Part shown: piece by piece, positions 13,085 to 26,542 of the stretch
Layout: each line of letters begins with the position of its first letter
Numbering within the stretch: position 1 is the stretch's first letter
Source: Felis catus
Lineage: Eukaryota
DNA: 64,000 nucleotides
NCBI RefSeq assembly: GCF_018350175.1
Contig: NC_058368.1
Location: 177,818,001 to 177,882,000 of the forward strand
Reading direction: 5' to 3'
Made by a program: the position numbers and the translations under genes
The notes under the pieces: generated by a model
The model's database searches: none
Told to the model about the DNA's origin: nothing
Seen by the model: the letters and a program-made list of their open reading frames with translations, nothing else

Positions 13085-16000
13085 GAATTTACCTAAGACG
13101 TATTTACTGAAGTCCTATTCTGTAACTGTCTATTCATTGTTTTAGACTCTCTGGAGCCACCAGTGAGCCAAACATTAAAAAAGTCCTGTCCTCATGGACT
13201 TTATATTCTAATAGGAAAAGACAGAAAATAAACAAAAGACATACATAATATGTTAAGAGAGTACTACAAAGAGAAATGAAGCGGAGAAGGGAGATAAGAA
13301 GGAAGTGTGTGTGTATATATAAGGTTTCAGTTGGATAAAAATGAAAAAACTGAAATCAATGAACTTAATTATTAACTCTGTTTTGGCTATTGTCAGATAA
13401 CTTACTGTTTTTTCTATGTAGCAGAAAATCTGCTATTTTTGATAGATCATAGACACTATGTGGTATTTACTGTGCTAGGGGCCGGGGATCCAGAGATAAG
13501 ACAAGGCTTTTATTCTTAGGGAATTCATTCTCAAGTCTGCATGGCTGACACATAACAGAGATTCTCTGAGTACCAAAAGCAATGCCAGAGAAGCACAGGT
13601 GAGAAAATATTCCACCAGGAGACCTCCTGAGCACAGACTCAGTGATCTTTAGTGGGAAAGCATCTGGAAGGCTAGCCAGGAAAGTGACAAGACCCAAATC
13701 TCAGAATCCAAGAGGATGAGAAGCACACACAAGCTCCTTTGCAAGGCATTCTACAGGCATTAGAACCATCATATTTTTCAGAGCACACTGCATTCGCTAC
13801 GGGAGAAAGCCGCGGGACATGAGGGGATGCTCCCTTTTCTGTGTGGAATGAGAGTAGTGCCAATTCTAATATGCTTCTGACAGAGGTGACTGCCACAGAG
13901 AAAATGAGTGATTACTGGGAAGCAGAGTAGAGGTCTACCAAGCTGAGAGGTTAAAAGGGCTTCAGAGTGAGAGTGCCAGACTCAGATTACAGGGTGAGAA
14001 TCAGAACCCACTCTACGAGTTTAATTTTCTAGTGGCCTGTGAGGACTGCCTATTTATGGAAAGAAGGAAGACAGTGGGAGGGAGCCCTTAGGTAGAAGAG
14101 GCACAGACCTAACCGCTTTCACCCAACCTTCTCGATGAATTCCTAACGTCTACATCAGATGAATGGAAGATCAGAAGTGTTAATAATATGACATAGCCTT
14201 ATCAGATGCCAAATATAAAAAAAATGAAAAGCATGAGGTTTCCTTCTTGACGATGACCACCCATCCATCCACACAACCAGCAGTCAGTATGACTGGACCC
14301 CAAGGAAACAGAAATGGGAAAACACATAATTCTTTCCCTCTGGGATCTCACAGTAGGGAAAGCACAGTAACATCCTAGAAGGCAACAAAAGAGTTTTTGT
14401 TAAAACCGTTCAGAGATAGGGGTATGAGGATGTGGTTCCAGAACAGAAACAGCCGGCCAGTTCAGAGATTATTTTAAAGGTACTCCATGAATGTGAAACA
14501 GGTGTGTTTTTTTTTTTTTTCACAAAAGCAAATGCTGTTGGAAGTCTTTCTCTCCTGTCTAGCAAATGTCTATTTTTCAACACCTCGCCCAACTTTCACT
14601 TCCCTGGGAAGCCGACGTTTTTTTGTTTTGTTTTGTTTTGTTTTTTGCCCCAAAGCCAATCTCTTCCTCTTACGTGTTCATATGGTCTTTTGCATGCCAT
14701 CTTTGTGACAACCCATTGACTGTTCATTAGTTGTATGTCATATCTATGAGATGGTGACCTTCTAAAGAGTGATCCATTTTATTCGTTCTTGTGAGAAGCA
14801 ATCCTTTTACTCATTCCTCAGGCCTAGCACACAGCACTGTGTGCTTGCCGAACAGTGATTTTTTTTTTCAGGTTTACTTTCTTCCCTATTTCAGTCTGTC
14901 CAACATAATGCCAATTACTTTCTTCTTGAGGTACAATTCTGATTTGGTTAGGCAGTCACAACAACTGCTCCATGCTATCTATGGGATAGGGTCTAAATTC
15001 CTTAGCCTGATATTCAAGGGTCCCAGACAACCTGCATTTCCAAGCACAAAATAAGTGGTATCTACAACAAAACATCTTCTCCACTACCCCCTTCCAAACC
15101 CTGTGCTTAGGCCAACCGAAAACCTCTTATTTCAGAGTTCCAATACTCTAATCCTATGCATTTGGTAAGATCCAGAGAAATATCTGTACTTTCACAGAAA
15201 CCTTCCTGATTCCCCAGCTAAATGCAATCACTCTATTTGTATCTGTTGTTATGGCACTTATCACCTTCTATATTTTATTACAGTCATTTTTGTATGTATC
15301 TAGCAGGTTCTATTTAATTAGAAGCTCATTTTGGGGTAAGATTTGAGTCTAAGTAATCTACATCCCTCATGAAACCTAGCACAGTCCTTAGCCAAATTTG
15401 CTGAATAAGTGAGCAAATGGGATTCCTTTGTCTCATTTCATATTAGAGAAAAGCACTAACAACAGTTAGTGGAGTATCCACTTTGTGCCAGACATTGGAT
15501 TAGGCCGTTATATATGTCCATTCACTCATTTCTTATGCTATACTTGTTAGACAGGTATGGTTAGCTCTGTTTTGTGGAAGAGAAAACTGTGATTCTGATA
15601 CATTAAGTAACTTATCCAAGAGCCCACAGGTTTTTGTGTTTGTTTTTTGAGCTTCAGGTTAAGTGGCAAAACCAGGACTGGAATCCAAGACTGTTTTGTT
15701 TTCAAGTCTGTGCTCTTCTACACATCTACATATGGTCTTGACTTGTCTTTGTATAATGTGTTGATGCATATTCAGTATTTCAATTACCTGACTGAAAAAC
15801 AGTGGATTCAGAGATCAGATTATGATAAGTGAAAGGACTGAGCAGAAGGAAATAGCATCATACGCATTCCTTTTTTTCTCGCCCCCAATTGCTGCCTGGA
15901 TTTTTGATACTTCAGTCTAAGCATGATCTGGGAAGACTCTAAACAAGGTGACTAAATGCGCTACAAGGTAAGGTGCTTTTATATTGTGTTCTCACTATAT

Positions 16001-17633
16001 GGGCAAAGAAGTGTATTAGGGATTCTTCAATTCTCCAGGAGTAGAACAATTTATCAACTTGTTTGCTATGTAGTTTCAGGCAATTTAGTTTTGGAAGGAC
16101 AGTGATAAGCAATGCAGTTCGTGTAGCAGTTAATGCAGTCAGTGTTTACAGAAATGTTTTTGAATTAAAGAGCTAACCACTAAAATAGCACTTTATCAAA
16201 TAATCACCATAAATAAAATGCATTTTGACTTTAAGATGGCATGTGCTCTTGTAGGACATTTCTTCTGCATGCTAAGGACTGTATAACAAATTAAAGAACA
16301 CACATTTATGTTGATAAAAGGCAAAAATAAACTTTCCCTGGCAGTAATGTAGGAATCATCACTGACGGTTTGACATATCAATATTTCAGGAAGAATAAAT
16401 GACTTTCATATCCATGTTTTTTTTTTATCATATCCTTATTCATTTTTACATTATTAGAATACTTTGAAAAGAATCTGTACTTTATCACCTGAAACTGCTT
16501 AAAGTATTTCAAAATATTTTAATAAAGCTTTTTGAATGATCAAATAATGTAACTTTTAAACAAATTTTACTATTATTATAAATATTTGCTCTTCATCCCT
16601 TGCCCAAAGGAAAACTATAAATCTTGTCTCAACTGAATGAACACCATTTATCATATTCATTTTGTTGTCAATACAATTATGAAAAGCCTTTGGCCTTTTC
16701 CCAAGGAAGCTGATTTGCTACTGAAACTCAATTATTATAAGCAAAGCCGGTACCAAGCCATCCTGTTTGGCAATCTAACACAGCTCCCTGCATAACTGAC
16801 ACTTCGCCCTCTGCCACTGACCCTAATAACACCAACATCTATGGTCACATGGAGGAGACAATAGTTTCCAGTTCAAAACAAAACATGAAGTCCCAAGGCC
16901 TTCCATTTGCTATTGTCTGCCATCTGCTGGACAAAAGTTTCACTTCAGACAGGTGCCAAAAAGAAGGAGCTTAGTGAGGAAATACATGGAAAACAGACTT
17001 AACTAAAGACTTAAATATGTTCTATGAATTTTAGGCGGTATCGATTATGGCAGATATTTATATTCTTTGACACTGAGGGGAGAGGTTCTGGACTTGACTC
17101 TTGGTTGGGACAGCTGAGGAGGGACACAGGAAACGTTAACTGATGGACATCCTAGAGTTGCAGCTTGCTGTCAAGATCACCATCCATTCCAGAGTGCCAA
17201 AACTAGGCTTCTACAATTTTTTTTTCAAATAAATGAAAGTTTTCACGTTATAAGCTTCTGTTTGTTTTTAGATAAATAAAAAAGTAATATGCAATCTCAG
17301 TTTATTCTTCACAGTTAAAACAACTGTAGGACTTGCTGTGTTAAAACCTACAGCCTCTGTACATGTACTTGGTATGCTGATATAAAGACATACATGGTTC
17401 TTCAATGACATGGAAAACACTTACCTCTAACCTTTCTATGAACACATATATCTGATGAAGTAGGTTTTAATAGTAACTAAAAATGTAAGTCGGTATTCAA
17501 TTAATGTTAGAAAAGTTTTTTTTTAATGCATAGAGTTCTCCCTAAACCATGCCCAGATCCCCTGTTAGCTATATTTTTGGCCTAACTGGGGATCCGTGGT
17601 GAAAGATTGCTTTCAAGAAGTTTCTTTTGTAGT

Positions 17634-17789
17634 GTGGGTGACTGGGTGGCTCAGTTAAGTGTCCGACTCGATCTGGGCTCAGGTCATGAACTTGCAGCCG
17701 TGGGATCGAGTCCTATGTCAGGCTCCATACTCATAATGCAGAGCCTGCTTGGGATCCTTTCTCTCTCTCAAATAATAAATAAAAAAAAA
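17634..17789 (+). mobile_element. Degenerate, internally deleted CanSINE with TSD
   Basis: CTGGGTGGCTCAGTTAAGTGTCCGACT head. AAGAAGTTTCTTTTG on both sides. Confidence 0.85.
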
Positions 17790-18805
17790 GAAGTTTCTTT
17801 TGCAATTTGGATAAGGAGGGTTTGAAAAGAGCAACTGAGAAACAGTGTAACTTAAAACATACAATTGCTTTAAGGCTACAGAATTTTTCTTAAGTGCTCT
17901 GATAGTTTTATGTATAAAGGCATGAAAACATATTACACTTACATGACTTTATAAATTGTCACTTCCTGTTAGGATCAAAGAGGATACATACAATACTACT
18001 AAAACAATATTAATAGCAACCACTTAGGACTCCCAAATATGTTCCAGACATTACACAAAGTGTGTTACCTATTTTAATGGTCCCAGTGAGCCCTGATACT
18101 GGATGTCTCTTTTTTTTAGATGAGAAAACCACGACTCAGAGAAGAGAAATAACTTGCCAAGGTGGAGAGCTGGATTTCAATCCTACTCTGATACCAGAGT
18201 CCACGTTTGTCTCACTCTTACATGATGAGGCATTTCTGCCAGGGATGTTTGTTTCTTTGTTTATTTATGTTGCTATCTGTACTAAGCCTTGGCAAAAGTA
18301 AATTCAGAATTTATACTAAATGAAAACTCCTGACCATTTATTTCCCCCTTTTTCATCTCCATTAATATTTTCATGATGGTGAAAAGCTGTAGCATGATGA
18401 ATTGAGCCTCAAAGAGGCACAGTAGCCTGCTCAGCCCTGCTAATTGAGATGGAACAGAAATTCAAATCTCCTCGAAAATGCCAAATGGTAAGATTCATTG
18501 ATCCTGAGTTAAAGATGTTAGCCTGATTATCCCTGCAATCCCTACATAAACAATCATTTGGGAACGTGATTTTTAAGTTGTCAATATTTAATGGCACCAA
18601 AAAGTGACCTCTCTGAGCTGGGTCTCCAAATGCTGTGCTCAGTTATCTGCACTGCTGCCACTGTGCTGTAATTTTTAGCTGATTACACATTAGTTCATTT
18701 AGCTTTGTTTCCTCTTCCCTACTGTGCCATACTATTAAACGAAAGCGAGGGGCCTGGCATCCCTCTGTGCACAGAGCTGGTATTGTCACAGTGTAATAAG
18801 GATAC

Positions 18806-18894
18806 ATCCAGTCAAACAGCATGGTGTAGCTGGTCTTTGTGTTCAGTGCAAAGGCAATCCCTCGAAGATCTCTTGCCAGCCCGATCAACATACG
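18806..18894 (-). CDS. RANBP17: RANBP17 coding exon (~exon 20), 89 nt, [29 protein letters not shown](M)
   Basis: Acceptor ctctttcccactgacAG|CGT. Ends GGAT|GTATCCTTA (U12 GT-type donor). RDLRGI motif visible in ORF 18643..18891. Confidence 0.96.
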
Positions 18895-19479
18895 CTGTCA
18901 GTGGGAAAGAGACACAGTAATTGATTTTCACGTTAGCACAGAGCAGATGGAGTAATAATCAGGCAATAATGACCACATATCTGATTTTGATTCATTAGCT
19001 AAAATGTCTCGCTCAGATCCCTTTCTATAGAAAACCGTAGACCCTTTTAAACAAACAGACCATCAAATCTGCTGACCAACTCTACTCCGCTTCTTATAAA
19101 TTGAGCTAAGTCATAATTCCAGTAGTTTAGGAACATTTAGATTCTTAATATACTTTGTTTCCAAATCATGCCAAATTAGAAAAAAAAAACAAAACAAAAC
19201 CAAGAGATGAGGATTGATAATTCCACAGAACAGAAAATGCACAGGGTCTAGACATTATTTAATAATGGCAAATCTTAACCACATCGGCTTGCATGAATCA
19301 GTCCCACTATGCAATCTGGAGTCTATCCTGGAAGCACACTGGCATTTATTTAAAGATCCCTAAAGAATATCTCTAGTAACTTAGGACAAAGTAAAACTGT
19401 CCAGGTGACCTACTGCTCCCATGACATACCGAGAATGGCACTCGCGCTCCCCAAGCAAGGAAAAGATGTAAGGAAAGAA

Positions 19480-19700
19480 ATCTGTATTGGTTATCAGAAG
19501 ACTTGAATCTGAATCCCAGCTCCGCTGCTTTACTGTAAGGCTTCAGGCAAGGCAATTTACCAGTCTCAGCTTTCTCATCTATAAAAGGGGCTAATATTGC
19601 CTCTTTCACAGGGGCATTGTGAGGAATCAATTTAATAAACTTACATAAAAAATGTCTAACACGAGCCTGACATGTACTGTATGTTCCATAAATATATAGT
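19480..19700 (+). mobile_element. MIR SINE fossil
   Basis: gaatctgaatcccagctccgctgctttact..tctcagctttctcatctataaaagggg..ttgtgagga core. Confidence 0.75.
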
Positions 19701-22700
19701 TTCAGAGACAGGAGAAAAAAAAAAAAACACCTCGACTCTTAAATAAAAGAGATCTGACTTGTACTCTGGACTCTTAATTAAGCTGTCCTTAGGATGATGC
19801 TTGGGAAGAGAAAAAGAAAACCCATGAACAGATGCTAGAATGTCAGAACAAAGAGCACAAATAAACATAATTGCAAAACAAGGGGGTGGGATAATTGAGA
19901 TATGCAACTGTGATTTCTGAAGGTACTGTTTCAGTAGAAATATTCTGCCAGGAAATGGGCTCTGAACTTTCCCTTGTACCTGATTTTTGTTTTCCTCACA
20001 CTTTGGTAATAAGCGAAAATCTTGTAATAGGAAGGCATTTAAATTATCATCAAGCACTGGGAAGTGAATCCTAAGCCTCATCTTAATGGCTAAATAACAC
20101 CTCAAAGTAGCAAAGAAGAGTTTATCTGTCAGAAGTATCTGTAATTTCTGATCGTCTCCCGACCCCTGTCCCCAAAAGGTGACTCCATATAACTGGAAGT
20201 TGTTCATAAAATATTTAGTTTCTAACTGTCTAACGGTTTATAGAATGATGGTAATCTGAATTTTCTGAATCGGTAAACCCTGTATTTGTTTCTGCTTCTT
20301 TAAATGACTCATTCTTTTCCCTCTCGTAATGTCACTAGTCCTTTTATTCTAGAATCCGCTCACACCTTATAGTTCTCTCATGTGACCTGCTATTTTTCTA
20401 AAAAAGCCGTTTTGCCTTTTATGTAACTTTTTTTCACCACCTGGAACTTGTTCCCCTCTTCTGCAGCTTTCCACCTTTCTCACAACCTCAAGAACAAAAT
20501 ACGTCTTCTAAGACAGCTTCTTTGAACAATTCTATTTTGAGTATTTATAGCTCTGCCGTCTTTCTGTGACAGTGGGCTTTCGGTATATTTTTACGTATAC
20601 TTAGAGGTTGCAGGCTACTCTTCAAATAATATTAAGTTTCCACATGTACGTAAGGCACCCACCATTCAGCTCTAAATTAGTCGACAGGAACCATGAGTTT
20701 TACTTTCTTCATGCTTAGTGCAAGGAACTCTTAAAATATCTTAGACTATCTTCATTACACAGAAAGGTTGACATTCTATTCTATCACAGCTTTTTCTTCC
20801 TTAAAAGATGCCAAGTTAATAAAAGTGCTCTAAGTGACCTGAATCTATGAAATTATATCAAGGTTTAATTTTAGAAAATGTTACTACAGAGCAGAGGAAG
20901 CACATGACAACATAACAAGTAAATGTATCTTTTCAGTAGATGCAACTGGACAGGAAAATACAGTGTTAATGTGAGTAAGAAACAGATGCTTCGGCTCAAA
21001 CAACCTCTTTTATCTTAAGGCAGCAAGGGTACTGAAACAACCTATACAGATACTCAAACAACACTACAGGAGTACTTTCTTGGTAGCCAAAACATAGCCA
21101 GCTCTGGTATTAGCCAGGACAACCGCTCCCCAAAAGTTCAACCAGGCTGCTGAAGGATCTCAGAGAACAAGAGGCGGTCTGATTGAAATTTAGGGAAGGA
21201 GGAGCCACAATTCACCATCTCATTTAAAAGAGTACAAAGGGGTTTATTTCAAAAGTTGCCTTTGTCCTACAGGACAGCTGCCGTTGGTCAACACTTGATT
21301 GATCTGAAAAGTGAGAGGCTCCCTATATTTTCAGTGAGGCTGTTTTGGGGAGGTGGGGAGGTCTGGGGCATGTAATCCCAAGGATTCCCTGCGGGTAGCT
21401 CCAGGAGAAGCCGCTCCGTGCTTCAGCGGGCTGCATGGCGAACAGTTGTCTGTGTACCAAGCGTGAGACGAATGGGCTGGGAAACGGCTGAAACGCGGCT
21501 CCTTCCACCCTGACCCCCAAAACAGGGTTTCTAATGGAAAGTCTGACAGACCCTTTACTGTAGTGGCACTACTGGGGGCAGCTATAATATTATCCTCATA
21601 ATTCTACTATATAATAACAACAAAGAAAAAGAAGGTGAAGGGTCATTGTGCTTTGTCTTTAGAATTAAGATGGCTGTCTTCATCCTTACAGCATACTCTT
21701 AATTCTGGAGACACATCTTAATAACCTCTAAATAGTTCCAACAAAAGAGCCGTGTCAGAGGAATGAGCAGGCCCCAAGGTGTTTCAACTGGAGTGTTTTC
21801 ATCTGCCTTTATTGCTCTATCCCTCTCCAGAATTAAGGCAATAACCTGTGATAAATTATTCAGGAACTGCTACAGGGATCAAAGCAAAATCATTCTGTTA
21901 AAGTGCTGTTTGCAACATTTGGCACTTAGTGCGAAAACTTTTAATGTGCGCATGCTGAAAATCAAGGATTTTAAATAATTTAACATTGTGGAGTTTTTAC
22001 GAAGGGACTAAAGATAGCAGGTTCCTATTTAACTGCTCCTCTTCCTCCAAGAAGTTTTCATTCATTTTCCTTAAAATCGATGACGTCATGGCCAAATCAA
22101 AAATGATGCATGAGTCAAGGGAGTACTGGACTATATTTTACTATGGATACAATTATGGGGGGGGGGGACATATATTTCGAACTAATGCTTCGGAGCCAGG
22201 ATTTGTCACAGCATTTTCTTTCTTTTTTCCCTTTGCTGTGAAGAGAAAAACCCAAGACAAAAAATTCAATGTTCTCTTCAATTTTATTAGGACTAAGTAA
22301 GAACACAAAGCTATAAATTTAAGAGTTTTGCAGCATTTCTACCCCTTGCAACCATTTTTCAATTTGGCAACACAGGTCCTCACTGTTTACATTCATCCTG
22401 AAATCCACATATGAAAAATATCTATAAATAGGGAGTTAGAAAATCCTGGTAAGGGTTGCAAATTAAATGAATTTGGCAGTCCTGCGGCATTTTCATAGAG
22501 ATATTTTAACAGCATCACCTCCTGTGGATTGGAATACTAAATACTTTATTGAAGAACAAAACAGAACTGTTTTTATCTCTAGTACTTGCAAAATGAAGTA
22601 CCTGAAAGCACTTTTGCATGTATTATTTATTCATCGTGATAGAAAAATAGCCTTAACCTAATAAATTACATTTAAAAGCATTTAGTGCAAAAGTTTTGTT

Positions 22701-24696
22701 TATGATAAAGCAACAGATTTAGTTCTTTATCGGTAGCTTACAGCACCAAGTTTTCTTTATACAAATTAGACAGATGGTGCTTACAGTAGAATTTACTAAA
22801 GGTCTGTCACAACAAATGCAGCCAAGCTGCATATTTAATCACTGCAGAATCTTGTCTACCTGCAGCTGCCAACTGCTAATCCAATTTCCCTGATAAATGT
22901 GGCAAGAGACACGATCAGCAATAAAGAGCATCTAACTCCATTTTCCTGCAGGGCGTCTTTTGATGAACATTTAGGACGGAAGCACGGAGTGCACTGTGTG
23001 GCCCTGGTTCGTGGCAGCTGCATGCATTCTGAGGCACAGTTCTCAGGTTACTCACTTAATTCTGCCACTATCATTACGTTGCTATTGATCTCAGTAGCTG
23101 TTGCCTACACAGCATTACTCTAGATGAAGCTGAATCAGGCAGTTATCATGCATCAAACTTGCTCAAAAGCCTGGAGATTTCCCCTTAATTACTTGTGATT
23201 TTATTTGCAAATACCGTTAAAGTGTAATCAAGCAGTCACTTTCCAGGGTCGTTAAGAACTTGCTGGTTTAGGGATATATCACTGGAACTCCATTAAAAAT
23301 GACTCTAGGAAGATGGTTTCTATCAAACTAGATGGGATTACATCAAAATGGGCTTGGAGTATAATGAAATCTTCAAATGAGACAAATGTAATTTTTAGAA
23401 AGATGGTGTTTTTCAACCTCACTGCTTCTGTCTGATATAAAGGGCACCCAGAGCCACCTCAAAGCTGCAAAGATTTTGTTGGCCCTTAAACATATTTGGA
23501 AGACATCTCAAAAACATAGCTAACCTGAATTGAAAGTCTGGTGAAGAATTTTAGCAAGATTATGAACACAAAGAAAATCTCTAGGATCCTTTTTGGTTTT
23601 AAAATTCTGTGACTATTGCATGTTGATAAACATTCATTTCAAAAAAGTCTATTTCAAATTAAGAGGTATAGCATTTGGCTAATTATTTTTTTGGTAGAAG
23701 AATTACAGTAAAATAACCATCAAAGGCTATTGTTTTACTATCTGGCTTCTCAGAGCTAAGTTTTTTTTTTTTTTTTCTTTTTGGTAAAGAGAAGAGAAAC
23801 CAAGCAAAATGATGGTTGGTTAATGTTTTCAACTTATTTCAAATAACAATAAAATAGGACTCAAGCATCACTAACAGAGGTGCCCACCTTCTCTGGAGTA
23901 CATTTATTAGTCTTTTAAAAATAATAATCAGTGTCAATCTGTTTAATAGAGCCCAGATGCATTATGGTTTTAGACGATGCTATTCCTGTTTTGCAGATCT
24001 TGTGTTCCCCACCCCCCACATTAAAATCTGGGGCTGTTTTGTCACAAATCGCTTGCTACACTTAAGGATTTTACTAATAAAACATAATGTTGTCTTGGAT
24101 AGTGTGACTGCTGCCACAGCTGAACAGACTTGTCAAATCAATCCTAATACGGCTCCCACAGGCGCATAAAAACCTTATTTAGCTATCAGTTATCCTAATC
24201 ACTTTGCTCAGTTTAAGAACGCAATACTTCAAGACCAGCTCCTATTTATACATATATGCCTAGCCATTTAATAAAGTCTTGATTTATATAAATTCTTGTT
24301 TAAAAACATATTTAGAGATGTAGTGTTTTAGCATGTGCATGTTTGCGCATTCCTCCATATAAATATGCTGAAACATACAGTGCAGGGTAGGTGCCGGAAT
24401 AGGGGCGTTCAAAGTGGGGTACCCACAAGAAGCGTTCTTTTAAGGATACTAACCGCCATGAGGGAGAAATCATCCAATCATCAAGTGTCCAAAATCACTT
24501 ACTGGCCTCAAAGTCAGTTTGTGGAAGAAAATAAAAGAGTACTGGTAGGAAAAGTACAACTCAAAGACACATGGCGACTGAGAAAGCAAGACCGATGAGG
24601 CACAGAGCACACACAAATAACGCAGAACATTTTTGTGGATCTGGATATCCTAGAATGAGCAAAATCATCTCTCATCATGTTTGGGAACAAACCCAC

Positions 24697-24800
24697 CTTT
24701 ACATCTTCTTGTTTAAAGTTGTTGTTGAATATTTGTAATACCGTTTCAAAAGAGACTGTAAGAGGCAGCATGAAATTCTCAAATTCGTCTTCATCTTCGC
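24697..24800 (-). CDS. RANBP17: RANBP17 coding exon (~exon 19), 104 nt, (G)EDEDEFENFMLPLTVSFETVLQIFNNNFKQEDVK
   Basis: Acceptor ttgtttttctgatAG|GC and donor AAG|GTGGGT. Partly seen in ORF 24514..24771. Confidence 0.96.
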
Positions 24801-25509
24801 CTATCAGAAAAACAAAAGGGTCACCATGGTTTAAAATGCATGCTATTGTACATTAGCCTCAGCGGTGAGTGCTTCGTTCGGGCTTAGAAACGTTCCCTGG
24901 GAAGGGGGCAGCCTGCATTCATACGCATGGCACATTTGTACTTTGTTTGGCTCATTGAATATTCTGGTGTTTTGCCTTCTCTTTTGCAGCAAAATGAAAT
25001 AGCAAAATTACTTACCAGCCATTTTTTTTTTCCTGGCTCTTTATTGGATCAAACAGACTCATGCCCCAGGCACTCAGCCCTTCAGTTCTTAGTGCCCCCA
25101 GAGCTTCCCCAATGCCTCAAGGAAAGGCACTTTCAAAGCCTCAGAGACAAGGATCTTTTTTTCCCCTCCTCTTTAGGTGCCAAGGCCCTAAAGGGCTCAC
25201 AGACTCAGGTGCCCAGATAGCTCTAAGTTATTATTCCCTTTTATTTATGTTCTTTTTTATTAATTTGTTAAATAGATAGCAGGGAAACTTTTATCTGCCA
25301 AATAAGATGGGGTCCCTCATGGGTCATTTGGATTTTAAGTACATTCTCCATGGGTACACTTCCTCTTGCACTAAGCTTCCTTTTCTTCATGGAAAGGAGA
25401 CGTTTTCTGTTGTTTCTTTCACTTGGAAGGTAGACCCAGTTACCTCAAATATTCTATCAGAGCAGAATCTTTACTTCAAACATGGGATATGCACAAATGA
25501 CTATTCTTT

Positions 25510-25978
25510 ATTGAAAACATTTGTTTGTGAGTGTAGTTGACACAATGTTACATTAGTTTCAGGTATACAACATAGTGATTCAACCTCTAGTTATGCTCTG
25601 CTCACCACAAGTGTAGCTACAATCTGTCACCATACAGCCCTATTCCAATATCATTGACTATATTCTCTATGCTGTGCCTTTTATTCCCACGACTTATTCC
25701 ATAATTGGAAGCCTGTATCTCCCTCTCCCCTTCACCTGTTTTGCCATTCCCTCACCTCCCTTCCCTCTGGTAACCATTAGTTTGTTGCTCTGTATTTACA
25801 GTCTGATTCTGCTTTTTGCTTGTGTATTCATTTTTTTTTACATTCTACCTATGAATAAAATCATATGGTGTTTGTCTTTCTCTGTCTGACTTAGTTCACT
25901 TGGCTTAACACTTTCTAGGTCCATCTATGTTGTTGCAAATGGCAAGATCTCATCCTCTTTTGTGGCTACGTAATATTT

Positions 25979-26017
<39 letters not shown>

Positions 26018-26085
26018 TGCACCACATCTTCCTTATCCATTTGGGTATTGATGGACACTTAGGTTGCTTCCGTATCTTGGCTACA
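25510..26085 (-). mobile_element. L1 3' end (L1MA9-like) containing (TG)16
   Basis: gtgtagttgacacaatgttacattagtttcaggtatacaacatagtgattc...ttgttgcaaatggcaagatctcatc. TG run at 25982-26014. Confidence 0.85.
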
Positions 26086-26356
26086 TAACTGACAATTTAT
26101 ATAGTATTCTTTTCATAACGGGTTGCTCTTAAATGAGAGAGTTGATTCTCTCCTCTCTCCTATGCCACTGAGAATTGTGAGTCTCCCACTTTACTGATAC
26201 ACACACAGGCAGAGAAAGGTTAAGTGCCTTGCTCAAAGTAGTATACCCAGTCGGAGGTGGAACTCTATGGTCCAGACCTCCTGACTTTGTTGCTATCACT
26301 TTTTAAACAGAGGCTCACAGAGGCAATGAGAGCTCAGAGATTCCCATTATATTTGA

Positions 26357-26542
26357 ACTGGTTCTCCAGTTTGGTCCCTGGCGTAGCAGCATCAGAACCA
26401 CTTGGGAATTTATCAGTTATAAAGTCCTGGGTCCCACCCCAGATCTACTGAATCAGAGACTCTGGGGGTGGGGGGTCTAGCAATTGGTTTTAAGAAGCCT
26501 TCCAGGTGATTCAGATGCATGCAGATATTTGAGAAACACTGG
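26357..26542. mobile_element. MER5A-like hAT-Charlie MITE
   Basis: cagcatcagaaccacttggg..cccaccccagatctactgaatcagagactctggggg..ccaggtgattc..tttgagaaacactg. Confidence 0.82.

Larger units (their letters stand above)
11107..18805 (-). other. RANBP17: U12-type GT-AG intron (7,699 nt)
   Basis: 5' end GTATCCTT at 18805. U12-like branch TTCTTTAAC at 11129-11121, then AGGCTTTATAAAAG| with no polypyrimidine tract. Removal gives AT|G TAC CCA (M-Y-P). Confidence 0.92.

Noticed and set aside
19656..20207. Longest ORF in the track (183 aa, minus strand)
   Set aside because: Intronic, overlaps a MIR end and AT-rich low-complexity sequence, and shows no recognisable domain or exon-like splice structure.
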